Source: Lachnospiraceae bacterium (lineage in GTDB: Bacteria > Bacillota > Clostridia > Lachnospirales > Lachnospiraceae). From it: DNA of 64,000 bases. Position numbers and translations under genes: made by a program. The notes below the pieces were generated by a model. It made no database searches, was not told where the DNA came from, and saw only the letters and a list, made by a program, of their open reading frames with translations. Numbering within the stretch: position 1 is the first letter of the stretch; every line of letters begins with the position of its first letter. Positions 27,913 to 37,500 of the stretch are shown here, piece by piece. Location of the stretch: assembly GCA_015056795.1 (NCBI GenBank), contig SVFO01000016.1:11131-75130 (forward strand), in the 5' to 3' direction.

Positions 27913-29199
27913 ATGGAAGAAACAATGCTGAAAATCGACAACGTGTCCAAGCTGTACAAGCTGGGTCAGATCGGCGGGACGACGCTGCGGGAGGATTTAC
28001 AGCGCCTTAGCGCGAGATTGCGTGGAAAAGAAGATCCCACAAAACGGATCGGTGCCAGGAGCTACAAGAAGGGCGAGACCTTACTTGCGCTTGACGGCGT
28101 TTCCTTTGAGGTGAAAAAGGGCGAGCGCGTGGGCGTCATTGGCCATAACGGTGCGGGCAAGTCCACCCTGCTCAAGCTGATCTCCCGTGTCACGGCTCCT
28201 ACCGGCGGAAGAATCGACATGAATGGGCGCGTGGCCTCCATGCTGGAGGTGGGCACCGGCTTCCATCCGGAGCTCACGGGGCGGGAGAATATCTACATGA
28301 ACGGCGCAATCCTTGGCATGACCAAAAAGGAGATCGACACAAAGGTTGAGCAAATCATTGATTTTTCCGAGTGCCGCCAATTTATCGACACTCCGGTGAA
28401 GCGCTATTCCAGCGGTATGTATGTAAAGCTGGCGTTCTCTGTGTCCGCCCACTTAGAAAGCGAGATCATGATCATGGACGAGGTGCTGGCGGTTGGCGAT
28501 ATGGCGTTCCAGAAGAAGTGTTTGGACAAAATGAACGATGTGTCCAGAACGAATGGACGCACCATCCTCTATGTTTCCCACAACATGAACACCATCCGCG
28601 AGCTTTGCAACCGGCTTATTGTGCTGGATCAAGGGAAAGTTACGTTTGATGGGACCGTGGAAGAGGGGATCGCCATGTATATGGAAACATCATTCCACAA
28701 TGAATTATCCATTGATTACAGTAATATCCCCCGTTACGCATTCCTCAGGAATTCAAAAATCAGAACGACATATACAGCCTTTGTTGATGGAAGAAACGTA
28801 TTTGAGCATGATGAAAAAATGCGAATTCTGTTTCGCTGGATCAATGAAAAAGACGTTACGAACCTATGCTTGAGAATTGAGATCCTGACTCTTGACAGAA
28901 CGCCAATCGGCACCATGTTCTTATATGATTTTTATGATGGTTGCCAAAATGATCAGGGAAAAGTGTGCGTTTCAGTTGATTTAAGTAGCATTGCACCAGG
29001 AAGATACACAATGTACTGTAATTTCTTTCAAAGAGACAAACACGGACACACCTCAACTGCTGATTGTGTACAGGGGTTGTGCTTTGAAGTATTTCCCTAT
29101 CGTGATATTGTCTGGAACAAAAAAAGGTGGGGAAGTATCATGTTGCCTGGTCTGCAGATACAGGCTTTTGAAAAGAAAACCATTAAACCCGATATATAA
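27913..29199 (+). CDS. Polysaccharide ABC exporter ATP-binding protein (Wzt/TagH-like) with C-terminal beta-sandwich (Wzt_C-type) domain
   Basis: Walker A GHNGAGKST, signature YSSGM, Walker B IMIMDE. An extra roughly 170-aa C-terminal domain is absent from minimal TagH ATPases. Confidence 0.85.
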   Translation: MEETMLKIDNVSKLYKLGQIGGTTLREDLQRLSARLRGKEDPTKRIGARSYKKGETLLALDGVSFEVKKGERVGVIGHNGAGKSTLLKLISRVTAPTGGRIDMNGRVASMLEVGTGFHPELTGRENIYMNGAILGMTKKEIDTKVEQIIDFSECRQFIDTPVKRYSSGMYVKLAFSVSAHLESEIMIMDEVLAVGDMAFQKKCLDKMNDVSRTNGRTILYVSHNMNTIRELCNRLIVLDQGKVTFDGTVEEGIAMYMETSFHNELSIDYSNIPRYAFLRNSKIRTTYTAFVDGRNVFEHDEKMRILFRWINEKDVTNLCLRIEILTLDRTPIGTMFLYDFYDGCQNDQGKVCVSVDLSSIAPGRYTMYCNFFQRDKHGHTSTADCVQGLCFEVFPYRDIVWNKKRWGSIMLPGLQIQAFEKKTIKPDI

Positions 29200-29226
29200 T
29201 TCCGCATAGTCAAAGAGAGATTAGAT

Positions 29227-30015
29227 ATGAAAAATAATACAATGTATACTCTCGCACAAAAGAGCGTATGCTTTTACAATTGGTTGTTAAAACGATACGG
29301 ATTAAGGATGGAAGTGGCTCGTGAGGGGAGATTGGTAACCAGAGAAATGGCATACGACGCCGTTGACGATAATACTTCGCGAATAGAGTTTGATAAATAT
29401 GAGGACTATACCAGATACAGGACACTTGAACTTGTTGTTGAGGAAATCAGAAAGAAGTACAGTCCGGAAGAGTTGTCCTGCTTTTGTGTCGCTGAAGCAG
29501 GGGTATTCAAGGGTGATTTCGCGTGGATCATTAACGAAAAATTCCCCGAATGTGAGATGTTTCTTTATGATACTTTTGAAGGTTTTGAAAAAAAAGATAT
29601 ACTAGACGAATTCAATCACTCCTTTACAGAAGAAGGAAAACTTAAAAGGCTTAATGGTCATTTTGGAAACTTGGCCGGAAGCCCTGAAAAAAGGATCGAA
29701 GCGGTGATGAGCAAACTAAAATACAAGGATACATGTCATTTACGAAAAGGATATTTCCCCGATTCGGCTAATGATGAAAAAGAGAAACGCTGGATTTTTG
29801 TATCACTGGATATGGACTTATACCAGCCGATGAAAGCGGGACTGTTTTACTTCTGGCCAAATATAGTCGATGGCGGGTTTATATTTGTTCATGACTATAA
29901 TAACAAAGATTTTTGGGGAATAAAAGAAGCTGTTTCAGAACTCGAAAAGGAATTCGGCAGGATTTATAGAATCCCGATCAGCGATCAAGGTGGGACAATC
30001 ATTCTTTGTAAATGA
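29227..30015 (+). CDS. TylF/MycF-family SAM-dependent O-methyltransferase
   Basis: VAEAGVFKGDF..., YDTFEGF, and SLDMDLY...GGFIFVHDYN blocks. Confidence 0.75.
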   Translation: MKNNTMYTLAQKSVCFYNWLLKRYGLRMEVAREGRLVTREMAYDAVDDNTSRIEFDKYEDYTRYRTLELVVEEIRKKYSPEELSCFCVAEAGVFKGDFAWIINEKFPECEMFLYDTFEGFEKKDILDEFNHSFTEEGKLKRLNGHFGNLAGSPEKRIEAVMSKLKYKDTCHLRKGYFPDSANDEKEKRWIFVSLDMDLYQPMKAGLFYFWPNIVDGGFIFVHDYNNKDFWGIKEAVSELEKEFGRIYRIPISDQGGTIILCK

Positions 30016-30093
30016 AAGCACTAATCCCTCAGCTATGCTGGGGAGAATGAAATAAGCGATCGCTTTACGGACAATATCTATAGGAGGATGATT

Positions 30094-31176
30094 ATGGAGC
30101 CCACTTCACGTCCATATGTTAGCGTTATTATCCCAGCATATAATGCACAAGCCTTTATCTCGTTCGCAATTGAGTCTGTAATGATACAACCATTCAAGGA
30201 AATTGAAGTGTTGGTTTTAGACGATCAATCATCTGATGATACACTGTCTGTTTGCAGAACACTGAAAAAAACTTATCCGCGTTTGCGTATTTTTGAACTA
30301 AGAAAATGTGGTGCTGGCGCGGCGAGGAATATAGGAATCCGTAACGCGGAAGGTGTATGGGTGATGTTCATCGACAGCGACGATCTATATCTAAAAGATG
30401 CTATCAATGAGAGCTTTTCTAATAAACTCAGGGAATTTGAAAAGAACGGGGTTGATGTGATTTATACACCGACGGCATTCTCGGATTATGCCATAGTAGA
30501 GCAACTCAAAAAGATTCCTTTAGAGACTGACCCTGGAATCATCCCCAGTACTCACTTCGGTGGATGCATCTACAGAAGAGAATTTCTAATAAATAAACAT
30601 CTCGCTTTCTATGAATATCAGAAGCAGGATATTGAGACTGCTTTTCGGTTTCTGGTCAAACTTTCGGCGGACAAAATAGTTGCAGACGACAGTATGCTGT
30701 TCTATCTCCGCCGCGATAATCCTAAAAGCAATACTCACACGTGGGATATACAGGACGTTTCGGAAGTTAAGAGTCTTGTGTATTATGACCTGTATAAAAA
30801 AAATACAAACGACGAAAAAATACGAGATTTGCTATATAAAGTCTGCTTGCAGCAAATGAATTACTATTTTAGAAACTGCAATTGCACCCGATTTGTTAAA
30901 GACAGGGCTGCATTTTCTAAGATGAGAAGCATCTACATGATCTCGCTAATGAAAAACGGCTTTTTGACACGCAGGATCTTTGGATATAGATGGATACTTG
31001 GATCGCTTCGAGATTATGTTCAGGCAGTTTTGTTTTCAAGGAATTCTTCCCCAAAAACCGGAACGACCAAAGTCGAGGAAAAGCCACTCCCCGAGATTAA
31101 CTCAACTTGTTTGTTTAGACGATATATGTTAGCAAGCTCATTCCTTTTAGAACGATCTAGTGAGACATTTAAATGA
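30094..31176 (+). CDS. Family 2 glycosyltransferase
   Basis: VSVIIPAYNAQAFI ... LDDQSSDD ... FIDSDD. ATG at 30094 is 6 nt after GGAGG. Confidence 0.8.
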   Translation: MEPTSRPYVSVIIPAYNAQAFISFAIESVMIQPFKEIEVLVLDDQSSDDTLSVCRTLKKTYPRLRIFELRKCGAGAARNIGIRNAEGVWVMFIDSDDLYLKDAINESFSNKLREFEKNGVDVIYTPTAFSDYAIVEQLKKIPLETDPGIIPSTHFGGCIYRREFLINKHLAFYEYQKQDIETAFRFLVKLSADKIVADDSMLFYLRRDNPKSNTHTWDIQDVSEVKSLVYYDLYKKNTNDEKIRDLLYKVCLQQMNYYFRNCNCTRFVKDRAAFSKMRSIYMISLMKNGFLTRRIFGYRWILGSLRDYVQAVLFSRNSSPKTGTTKVEEKPLPEINSTCLFRRYMLASSFLLERSSETFK

Positions 31177-31488
31177 AACGAATACCATTATCCGCAATTT
31201 TGGCTGAAAATTCTGGCGTTGCTTAAATAGTCGAAATCTTGTTATGGCAGACTCAGTTTGTTGTCGATTGACAAAGCATACGTCGGCAAAACAGGTTAAG
31301 AGCTCCATTTTGGAGCGTAATTGCGTTTCATTTACCCTTATTTATTGATACTATAGTAAGCGACATATATTTTTGCACATTGAGCAATTCGCGTTGCTTG
31401 CATCACGGACGCGCAATGAACCCCTACACAGTCAAAGTGCGAATGTTTTTTGTTTACTATAAATATATTAGTCAAAAGGAAGATCAAC

Positions 31489-32307
31489 ATGTATAGAGTA
31501 AAGTATGCTAATATTCCTAATGCAGGTGATCAGCTTAATGTTTATATCATGAAGCGGCTTTTCCATATCGATATAGTATGTGCGGATTCGCCGCTGAATT
31601 CAGATATTGTTGGGATTGGAAGTGGCTTAGACAGATTTTACTATGACAATAATTTTAAAATTAGAGTATCTCAAGTATTACATCAGAAAACTGTCATTCA
31701 TGTTTGGGGAACTGGTTATTTATTTGAACATGAAGAAAAAAAACATAGATTCTTCCGTAAGATGGTCTTTCATGCGCTTAGAGGAGAATTATCAAAGAAG
31801 CGTGTGGAGAAAATTACAAGAAAAACTTTGGGTGCCATCCCTCTTTGCGACGGGGGAATTTTAACATCTGAATTATTCGATCATAGGATTGAAAAGGAAT
31901 ATGAACTTGGCATTATTCCTCACTTTAGGGAGCAAGATGAACCTTTGTTTCAAGAAATGAAGAGAATCAGTAAAAAGTCAGTTCTGATTAATCTGTGTGA
32001 AGACCCTATGAAGGTATACGAGAAAATAGGTTCGTGCGAATATATACTATCAAGTAGTCTGCATGGGTTAATCATTGCTGATAGTTTTCACATCCCCAAT
32101 TTACATATAAAGGTATCAAATAAACCGATTGGAGATGGGTTTAAATTCAGAGATTATTATTCAGGCTATGGGTTTGAAGCAAATACAGTTGACGCAAATA
32201 TCAGAATTCCATCACTAAATGATATTATTGATAATTATAAAATTGAACCATCAGTTGTTGAACAAAAAAAACGCGAAATGTATCAGTGTTTTCCTTTTAA
32301 GGGATGA
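31489..32307 (+). CDS. Polysaccharide pyruvyl transferase family protein (CsaB/WcaK-like)
   Basis: NIPNAGDQLN N-terminal motif and SSSLHGLIIADSFHIPN C-terminal motif. ATG at 31489 follows AAAGGAAG. Confidence 0.7.
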   Translation: MYRVKYANIPNAGDQLNVYIMKRLFHIDIVCADSPLNSDIVGIGSGLDRFYYDNNFKIRVSQVLHQKTVIHVWGTGYLFEHEEKKHRFFRKMVFHALRGELSKKRVEKITRKTLGAIPLCDGGILTSELFDHRIEKEYELGIIPHFREQDEPLFQEMKRISKKSVLINLCEDPMKVYEKIGSCEYILSSSLHGLIIADSFHIPNLHIKVSNKPIGDGFKFRDYYSGYGFEANTVDANIRIPSLNDIIDNYKIEPSVVEQKKREMYQCFPFKG

Positions 32308-32494
32308 TAATGAGAACACAAATATAAGTGTTGCGCGAAATGGCTGCATGAAGTAGGGAGCGGGAGAAAACAACACTTTGGGGATTCAGAAGATTATTTC
32401 AACCTGGCTTCTGCTTAAAAAATCCGATGCGTGGAGAAAAATCGTGCGTTGATAAATTTTTTAAGTCAAAAATGTTATGGAAGGGGTGGCTCAT

Positions 32495-33499
32495 ATGCCC
32501 TCGGTCAGCGTTATTGTTCCGGTCTATAAAGTGGAGCCGTATCTCCGTCAGTGCGTGGACAGTGTGCTGGCGCAAACCTATACCGATTTTGAACTGATCC
32601 TTGTGGACGATGGCAGTCCCGACGCCTGCGGAGCAATCTGCGATGCGTATGCCGCACGGGAAAGCAAGATTAATGTGATCCATCAGGAAAACGGGGGACT
32701 GGGAAATGCCCGGAACGCGGGTCTGGATCAGGCGGTCGGGAAGTATATCATCTTCTTGGACAGCGATGACTACTGGCTGCCGACGACGCTGGAAACGCTG
32801 TATGCGGAGGCAGAACGGAATCAGACACAGGTGCTGGTTTTTGGGGCGATCCCTTTTTGGGATGGGATGAAGGAACCTGAAACCCATCTTGTATATCAGC
32901 ATACCGTTCAGAATGGCACTGTCAAATCCGGTTCGAAGATCCTGAAAACAGCACTGGATGCAGGGGAATATTATGCCTCGGCGTGGCTGCGGTTTTACCT
33001 TTTAGAATACCTTCGTGATGTCGGATTTCGCTTTGATGAGGGGGTTATCCATGAAGATAATACCCATTCTTTTCTCACAGTTCTCCTGGCAGAACGGGTG
33101 GAATGTATTGGGGATCAGCTTTATCAGCGGCGCTACCGCCCGGGCTCGATCATGACCGGGAAGTCTCTCCAAAACTCCGCCCACGGCTACTGCGTGGCGC
33201 TGAATGGTCTGTTGGATGCATATGAGACCTATCCGCTTTCCGTGCTGGGAAGGGAGCAGCTTGCGAGATATATTGTGACGAGAGGCGAAATGGTTTGTGA
33301 TCAGTTCAGGCAGGCTTTCAGAAAGGATCGGAAAACCGCTGCATGGATTCAGAGGGATGTTCGAAAAACGATGAAACGGGTTAGAGCGATTCCGGGGCTA
33401 TCACGCCCGCTCCGGCTGGCTACTTATGATCTTCGTTTGAGCCATGCTGTTACCAGCGCTTACCGGAGGCTCCGTAGTCTGGTCGGCGGTAAACCATAA
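32495..33499 (+). CDS. Family 2 glycosyltransferase
   Basis: VSVIVPVYKVEPYL ... VDDGSPD ... FLDSDD. Confidence 0.85.
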   Translation: MPSVSVIVPVYKVEPYLRQCVDSVLAQTYTDFELILVDDGSPDACGAICDAYAARESKINVIHQENGGLGNARNAGLDQAVGKYIIFLDSDDYWLPTTLETLYAEAERNQTQVLVFGAIPFWDGMKEPETHLVYQHTVQNGTVKSGSKILKTALDAGEYYASAWLRFYLLEYLRDVGFRFDEGVIHEDNTHSFLTVLLAERVECIGDQLYQRRYRPGSIMTGKSLQNSAHGYCVALNGLLDAYETYPLSVLGREQLARYIVTRGEMVCDQFRQAFRKDRKTAAWIQRDVRKTMKRVRAIPGLSRPLRLATYDLRLSHAVTSAYRRLRSLVGGKP

Positions 33500-33529
33500 A
33501 CCGGCGAAAAACCGTAATAGGAGACAATT

Positions 33530-34666
33530 ATGTCAAAGAAAAAGATCATGTGCGTCTTTGGCACTCGACCGGAGGCAATCAAAATCTGCCCGTTGATTCT
33601 TGAAATGAAAAAGCGCTCGTCTTTGGATGTGATCGTTTGCGTGACCGCGCAGCACAGGCAAATGCTCGATCAGGTTCTTCAGACCTTCGGCGTTATTCCT
33701 GACTATGATCTGAACATCATGCAGAATCGTCAGACGCTTTTTGATATCACTGCGGCTGTGCTGAACGGTATAAAGGATGTGCTGGAGGAGGTAAGACCGA
33801 ATGTCGTTCTTGTCCATGGCGATACGTCAACGACCTTCGTTACTGCACTGGCCTGCTTTTATCTCCGGATTCCCGTGGGGCATGTAGAGGCCGGTTTACG
33901 TACGTATAATATTTTTTCGCCTTACCCCGAGGAATTCAACAGAGAAGCTGTTTCCATTATCTGCCGGTACAATTTTGCACCGACGTCGCTGGCCCGCGAC
34001 AATCTCCTCCGAGAGGGAAGGAATCCTGCCAATATTTACGTGACCGGCAATACGGTCATTGACGCGATGCGCCATACGGTCAGGTCGGACTACACCCATC
34101 CTGTGCTTGACTGGGTTGGTGATAACAAACTGATCTTCATTACGGCGCACCGTCGGGAAAATCTCGGAGAGCCCCTGCACAGGATGTTCCGGGCAATCCG
34201 ACGCGTCCTGGAGGAGCATCCCGATTGTCGCGCCGTCTATCCGATCCACATGAATCCGGCTGTGAGGGAGGTGGCAGAGGCAGAATTTAGAGGCTGTGAC
34301 CATATCCGCATCATAGAACCGATAGACGTTATTGATTGCCATAACTTTGAAGCGCGTTCTTTCCTGTGCCTCACAGATTCCGGTGGAATCCAGGAAGAGT
34401 GCCCAAGCTATGGCGTCCCGGTGTTAGTCATGCGTGATACCACGGAGCGTCCCGAGGGCGTAGAGGCAGGGACGTTGAGGCTGGTTGGAACGGATGAAGA
34501 AATGATCTATCATCATTTTTCGATGCTTTTGGAAGATAAAACAGAATACGACAGGATGTCTCATGCCTGCAATCCCTATGGCGACGGACATGCCTGCGAG
34601 CGTATAGCCGATATTTTGGAAGGGAAAGTGTATAGCCCCTGGGAATTACCGAAAGGTTGGTGCTGA
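33530..34666 (+). CDS. mnaA: UDP-N-acetylglucosamine 2-epimerase (non-hydrolysing)
   Basis: FGTRPEAIK, VHGDTSTT, HVEAGLRT and TDSGGIQEE motifs of the WecB/MnaA family. Confidence 0.9.
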   Translation: MSKKKIMCVFGTRPEAIKICPLILEMKKRSSLDVIVCVTAQHRQMLDQVLQTFGVIPDYDLNIMQNRQTLFDITAAVLNGIKDVLEEVRPNVVLVHGDTSTTFVTALACFYLRIPVGHVEAGLRTYNIFSPYPEEFNREAVSIICRYNFAPTSLARDNLLREGRNPANIYVTGNTVIDAMRHTVRSDYTHPVLDWVGDNKLIFITAHRRENLGEPLHRMFRAIRRVLEEHPDCRAVYPIHMNPAVREVAEAEFRGCDHIRIIEPIDVIDCHNFEARSFLCLTDSGGIQEECPSYGVPVLVMRDTTERPEGVEAGTLRLVGTDEEMIYHHFSMLLEDKTEYDRMSHACNPYGDGHACERIADILEGKVYSPWELPKGWC

Positions 34667-34841
34667 TGGTATACTGGCAGATGAATAACATTCACCCTTC
34701 GGAAAGGACGCAGGAAGAAGGCAAAAAAGGCCCGAAAAGCACGTACAGGGATCTGCGCATCATGCGCTATGATGCCGCAGAGTATCAAAGGCAGGCAAAC
34801 GCACACCGCAGCTTCGTCACCTAATGCAACAATAGCAGAGA

Positions 34842-34892
34842 CAAAAAAGAGGAGTTGTAAGGCGGATTCGCCGACAACTCCTCTTGGTTTTT
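34842..34892. terminator. Bidirectional rho-independent terminator between the glycan locus and the convergent dynamin-like gene
   Basis: AAAAAA-AGAGGAGTTGT(34848-58)...ACAACTCCTCT(34874-84)-TGGTTTTT. The A-run and T-run flank an 11-bp stem. Confidence 0.7.
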
Positions 34893-34895
34893 GCA

Positions 34896-37412
34896 TTATT
34901 TCAGTTCGCCCCAGATTCTCTGGTTCAGTTCCTTATCTCTGGCATCTACCAGCTCGAGAACGGCCTTTGCCTTCTCCTGCATCTTTGCAGCTTCCTTCTC
35001 GTCATTGATCAGGAATTCGAGGTTGCTGGAGATCGTGTCAATATTGTTTTTGAACTCGGTCTTAAGCTCTGCCGTCTTCGCCTTTGCAACGGAGATGATC
35101 TCTGCCATGTAGGACTCATACTGCTGCATGGTCGTTGCGGCAAACATTGCCTCGATGTCGTTCTTATAGGACTTCTTGTCGTTGGTCGAGAAGATGAAGA
35201 TCGCCTTCTGCTTATTGATGTACTCATCCATGCGCAGGGCCTTTAAGGAGGAAGGCGGGATCTGCGTATCGGATACGTTCGCGATACGTCTTACCAGCTC
35301 TTCGTCAATGCCCTGATAGCCTGTGATGGTCTTTACCAGACGGTTGCGGAGATCCTCAATCTGAAGCTTTAGGATGATCTCACGATTTACCTTGTAGTAC
35401 TCATCAATCTCCATCAGGTAGCGGTTCAGCTCCTGACGGATCAGGTTATTCTTTTCTTCAAAGACCTCAGGACGAATGGCAATCCACTTCATTTTATCGG
35501 CAATCTTAGAGGCCTGCGCCTTGCGGGATTCGATGATCTCCGTAAAGGCCTGAACCTCAAGGAAGCGGGAGTAGATGCTCTTGGGATTTAAGTCCTCAAG
35601 GTACTCCTCGCAGGCCTTGTCGATGTCGCTTACCATCGTGGTCTTCATGGTCTTGATGTTCTGGGAGATCTGCTCCTTGGAGAGTCTCGCCTGTGCCTCG
35701 ATGGCCTTGTAGTCATCGCGGATGAAGTTGACAACGCTGGAAATGCTGTCATACAGACCCTTTGCCTTTACGGCGAGGGCATATTTCTGACCATAGCGGA
35801 TGATTTCCTTCTCAACGGCAAACATACCAGAGTTGACATAAACCCTGTGAAGAATGGGATAGAGGCTGTTGTCGTTGGGCTCGTCACATTTCTTCAGCTC
35901 CTCCATGCAATCCTCTAACAGGCGCTGGGTATCGTTGTCGGCGTTTGCCATCTTGTTGAGCTTGAAGTACATTCCGGTCTCCACCTCGGAATCCTCGTCC
36001 TTCTTGAGAAGCGGATCCATGAGAGGTGTGTTGTTGATCTCATTTCTATGGTTTGCCAGCCAGAGGCGCTCGTCCTCGGTATCAACGTTGGCCTCAATGG
36101 CCTTTGCAATGTAAGCGGCCTTGGAGGAAACGAAGAACAGACGCTCCGTCGCGAGATCAATGTATTCCGCCTGCTCGTTATAAATCTTATCCGTCTCCTT
36201 TAAGGAGATGCCGACCTTCTTATTTTTCAGGTTTGCAAGATCCGTCAGGCTTCTTGTGTCGGCCTGATTGATGATGTGCAGGGAACGGGTTAGGTCGATG
36301 TGCACCTGATCCTTCGTGTCCACGCTCTCGCGGGAGGAATGGATCAATTTATACAGCGTTGAGTTACCGGTGCCCTCCATCTTCGTCGGCTCGTAAAGGA
36401 CGATCAGGATGGAGTTGGTCTGCTGCTGCAGGGCCTTCTGCAATACCAAAAGGTGCTCGTTGGAATTACTGTCCGTACCAGGGGTATCGTAGAAGGTGAA
36501 ATTCAAATTCGGATCCAACTGGCTCGGGTAGTTGACGTCGATAATGCCGTCCACGTACTCGTTTGCGTCATCAGATACCGCATTGGGGAGCTCGTTGATG
36601 CTCTTCAGGATCTGGTAGAGCTGCTCGTGCGGCTGGAGATGGAAGACGAGCGCATTGTTGATCTCATTCTGGATCTTGCGCTTTGTGGTCTCACAGGGAC
36701 GCTCTGACTCAAAGACAAATTTCTTCTTCGACTCGTTCCAGGACAGGGTCACCTTATTCGGCTGCGTATTGTCGGAGGAGCAAAGATTAAACGTAATCGA
36801 AGGATTCTTTGCATTCCGAATGCGGAACATTTTTGCCGTCTCGGAGTTAATGCTCTCGGGAAGAATACGGCGTCCGATCAGCGTGTTGATAAAGGTGGAC
36901 TTACCGGAGCTGTACGTACCAACGAGACAGATGTTGATGTCGCTGCAGCTCATCAGCTCACGCTTCTTGAAGAACTCCTGCTTTCTGTTCTGGAAGGACT
37001 GCTGAATCTCGGAGTCCTTGAGCTCGGAATCGAAGAGATTCAAGGTTTCATCACAGAAATCACTGATGCGGCTGAAAATTTCCGTCACGGAAGGAAGCTC
37101 GATGAAGTTGCTGATCGTAAAGCGATCCTCACCGGCATATTTATTATACTCAGCAATTTTCTCGCAGAAATCCTCGTAATCTACCTGCGTTCCCTTGAAC
37201 ACCAGACTGATTTTCTCATTGGAAAACTGCTCATAAATGTCATTGAAGAATTTATTGCCCTGATTTTGGAGCAGGAACTCACCGTGTTCGGGGGAATAGG
37301 GGATCAGATTTGGACAGATCTTGTAAGGTACCTCCAGAAACTCTCCCTTCACCTTTGCGAGGAAATGGATTTCCTTCTTGACAGGGTGATACATGATCAT
37401 TAATTCTTTCAC
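34896..37412 (-). CDS. Bacterial dynamin-like GTPase (BDLP family), 838 aa
   Basis: G1 GTYSSGKSTFINTLIGRRILP, G3 FYDTPGTDS, G4-like INQAD, and a long helical C-terminal stalk. GTG start has GGGAGGG 7 nt upstream. Confidence 0.75.
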   Translation of the reverse strand: MKELMIMYHPVKKEIHFLAKVKGEFLEVPYKICPNLIPYSPEHGEFLLQNQGNKFFNDIYEQFSNEKISLVFKGTQVDYEDFCEKIAEYNKYAGEDRFTISNFIELPSVTEIFSRISDFCDETLNLFDSELKDSEIQQSFQNRKQEFFKKRELMSCSDINICLVGTYSSGKSTFINTLIGRRILPESINSETAKMFRIRNAKNPSITFNLCSSDNTQPNKVTLSWNESKKKFVFESERPCETTKRKIQNEINNALVFHLQPHEQLYQILKSINELPNAVSDDANEYVDGIIDVNYPSQLDPNLNFTFYDTPGTDSNSNEHLLVLQKALQQQTNSILIVLYEPTKMEGTGNSTLYKLIHSSRESVDTKDQVHIDLTRSLHIINQADTRSLTDLANLKNKKVGISLKETDKIYNEQAEYIDLATERLFFVSSKAAYIAKAIEANVDTEDERLWLANHRNEINNTPLMDPLLKKDEDSEVETGMYFKLNKMANADNDTQRLLEDCMEELKKCDEPNDNSLYPILHRVYVNSGMFAVEKEIIRYGQKYALAVKAKGLYDSISSVVNFIRDDYKAIEAQARLSKEQISQNIKTMKTTMVSDIDKACEEYLEDLNPKSIYSRFLEVQAFTEIIESRKAQASKIADKMKWIAIRPEVFEEKNNLIRQELNRYLMEIDEYYKVNREIILKLQIEDLRNRLVKTITGYQGIDEELVRRIANVSDTQIPPSSLKALRMDEYINKQKAIFIFSTNDKKSYKNDIEAMFAATTMQQYESYMAEIISVAKAKTAELKTEFKNNIDTISSNLEFLINDEKEAAKMQEKAKAVLELVDARDKELNQRIWGELK

Positions 37413-37500
37413 TTGCTTGCCCTCCCGCGCATCCTATCGATTCGCATGACGATTCTAGTTTTATTGCATAATATTCCCACAGAAAATAACCCTATTTTTT

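Noticed and set aside
31177-31450. 270-nt gene-free gap in the glycan locus as a possible ncRNA or pseudogene
   Set aside because: I could find no convincing hairpin, promoter with correct spacing, or reading-frame remnant by eye. It is noted only as part of the compositional patchwork.
34681-34824. 47-aa ORF between mnaA and the bidirectional terminator
   Set aside because: No SD before the ATG and no recognisable features. It probably lies within the 3' UTR.
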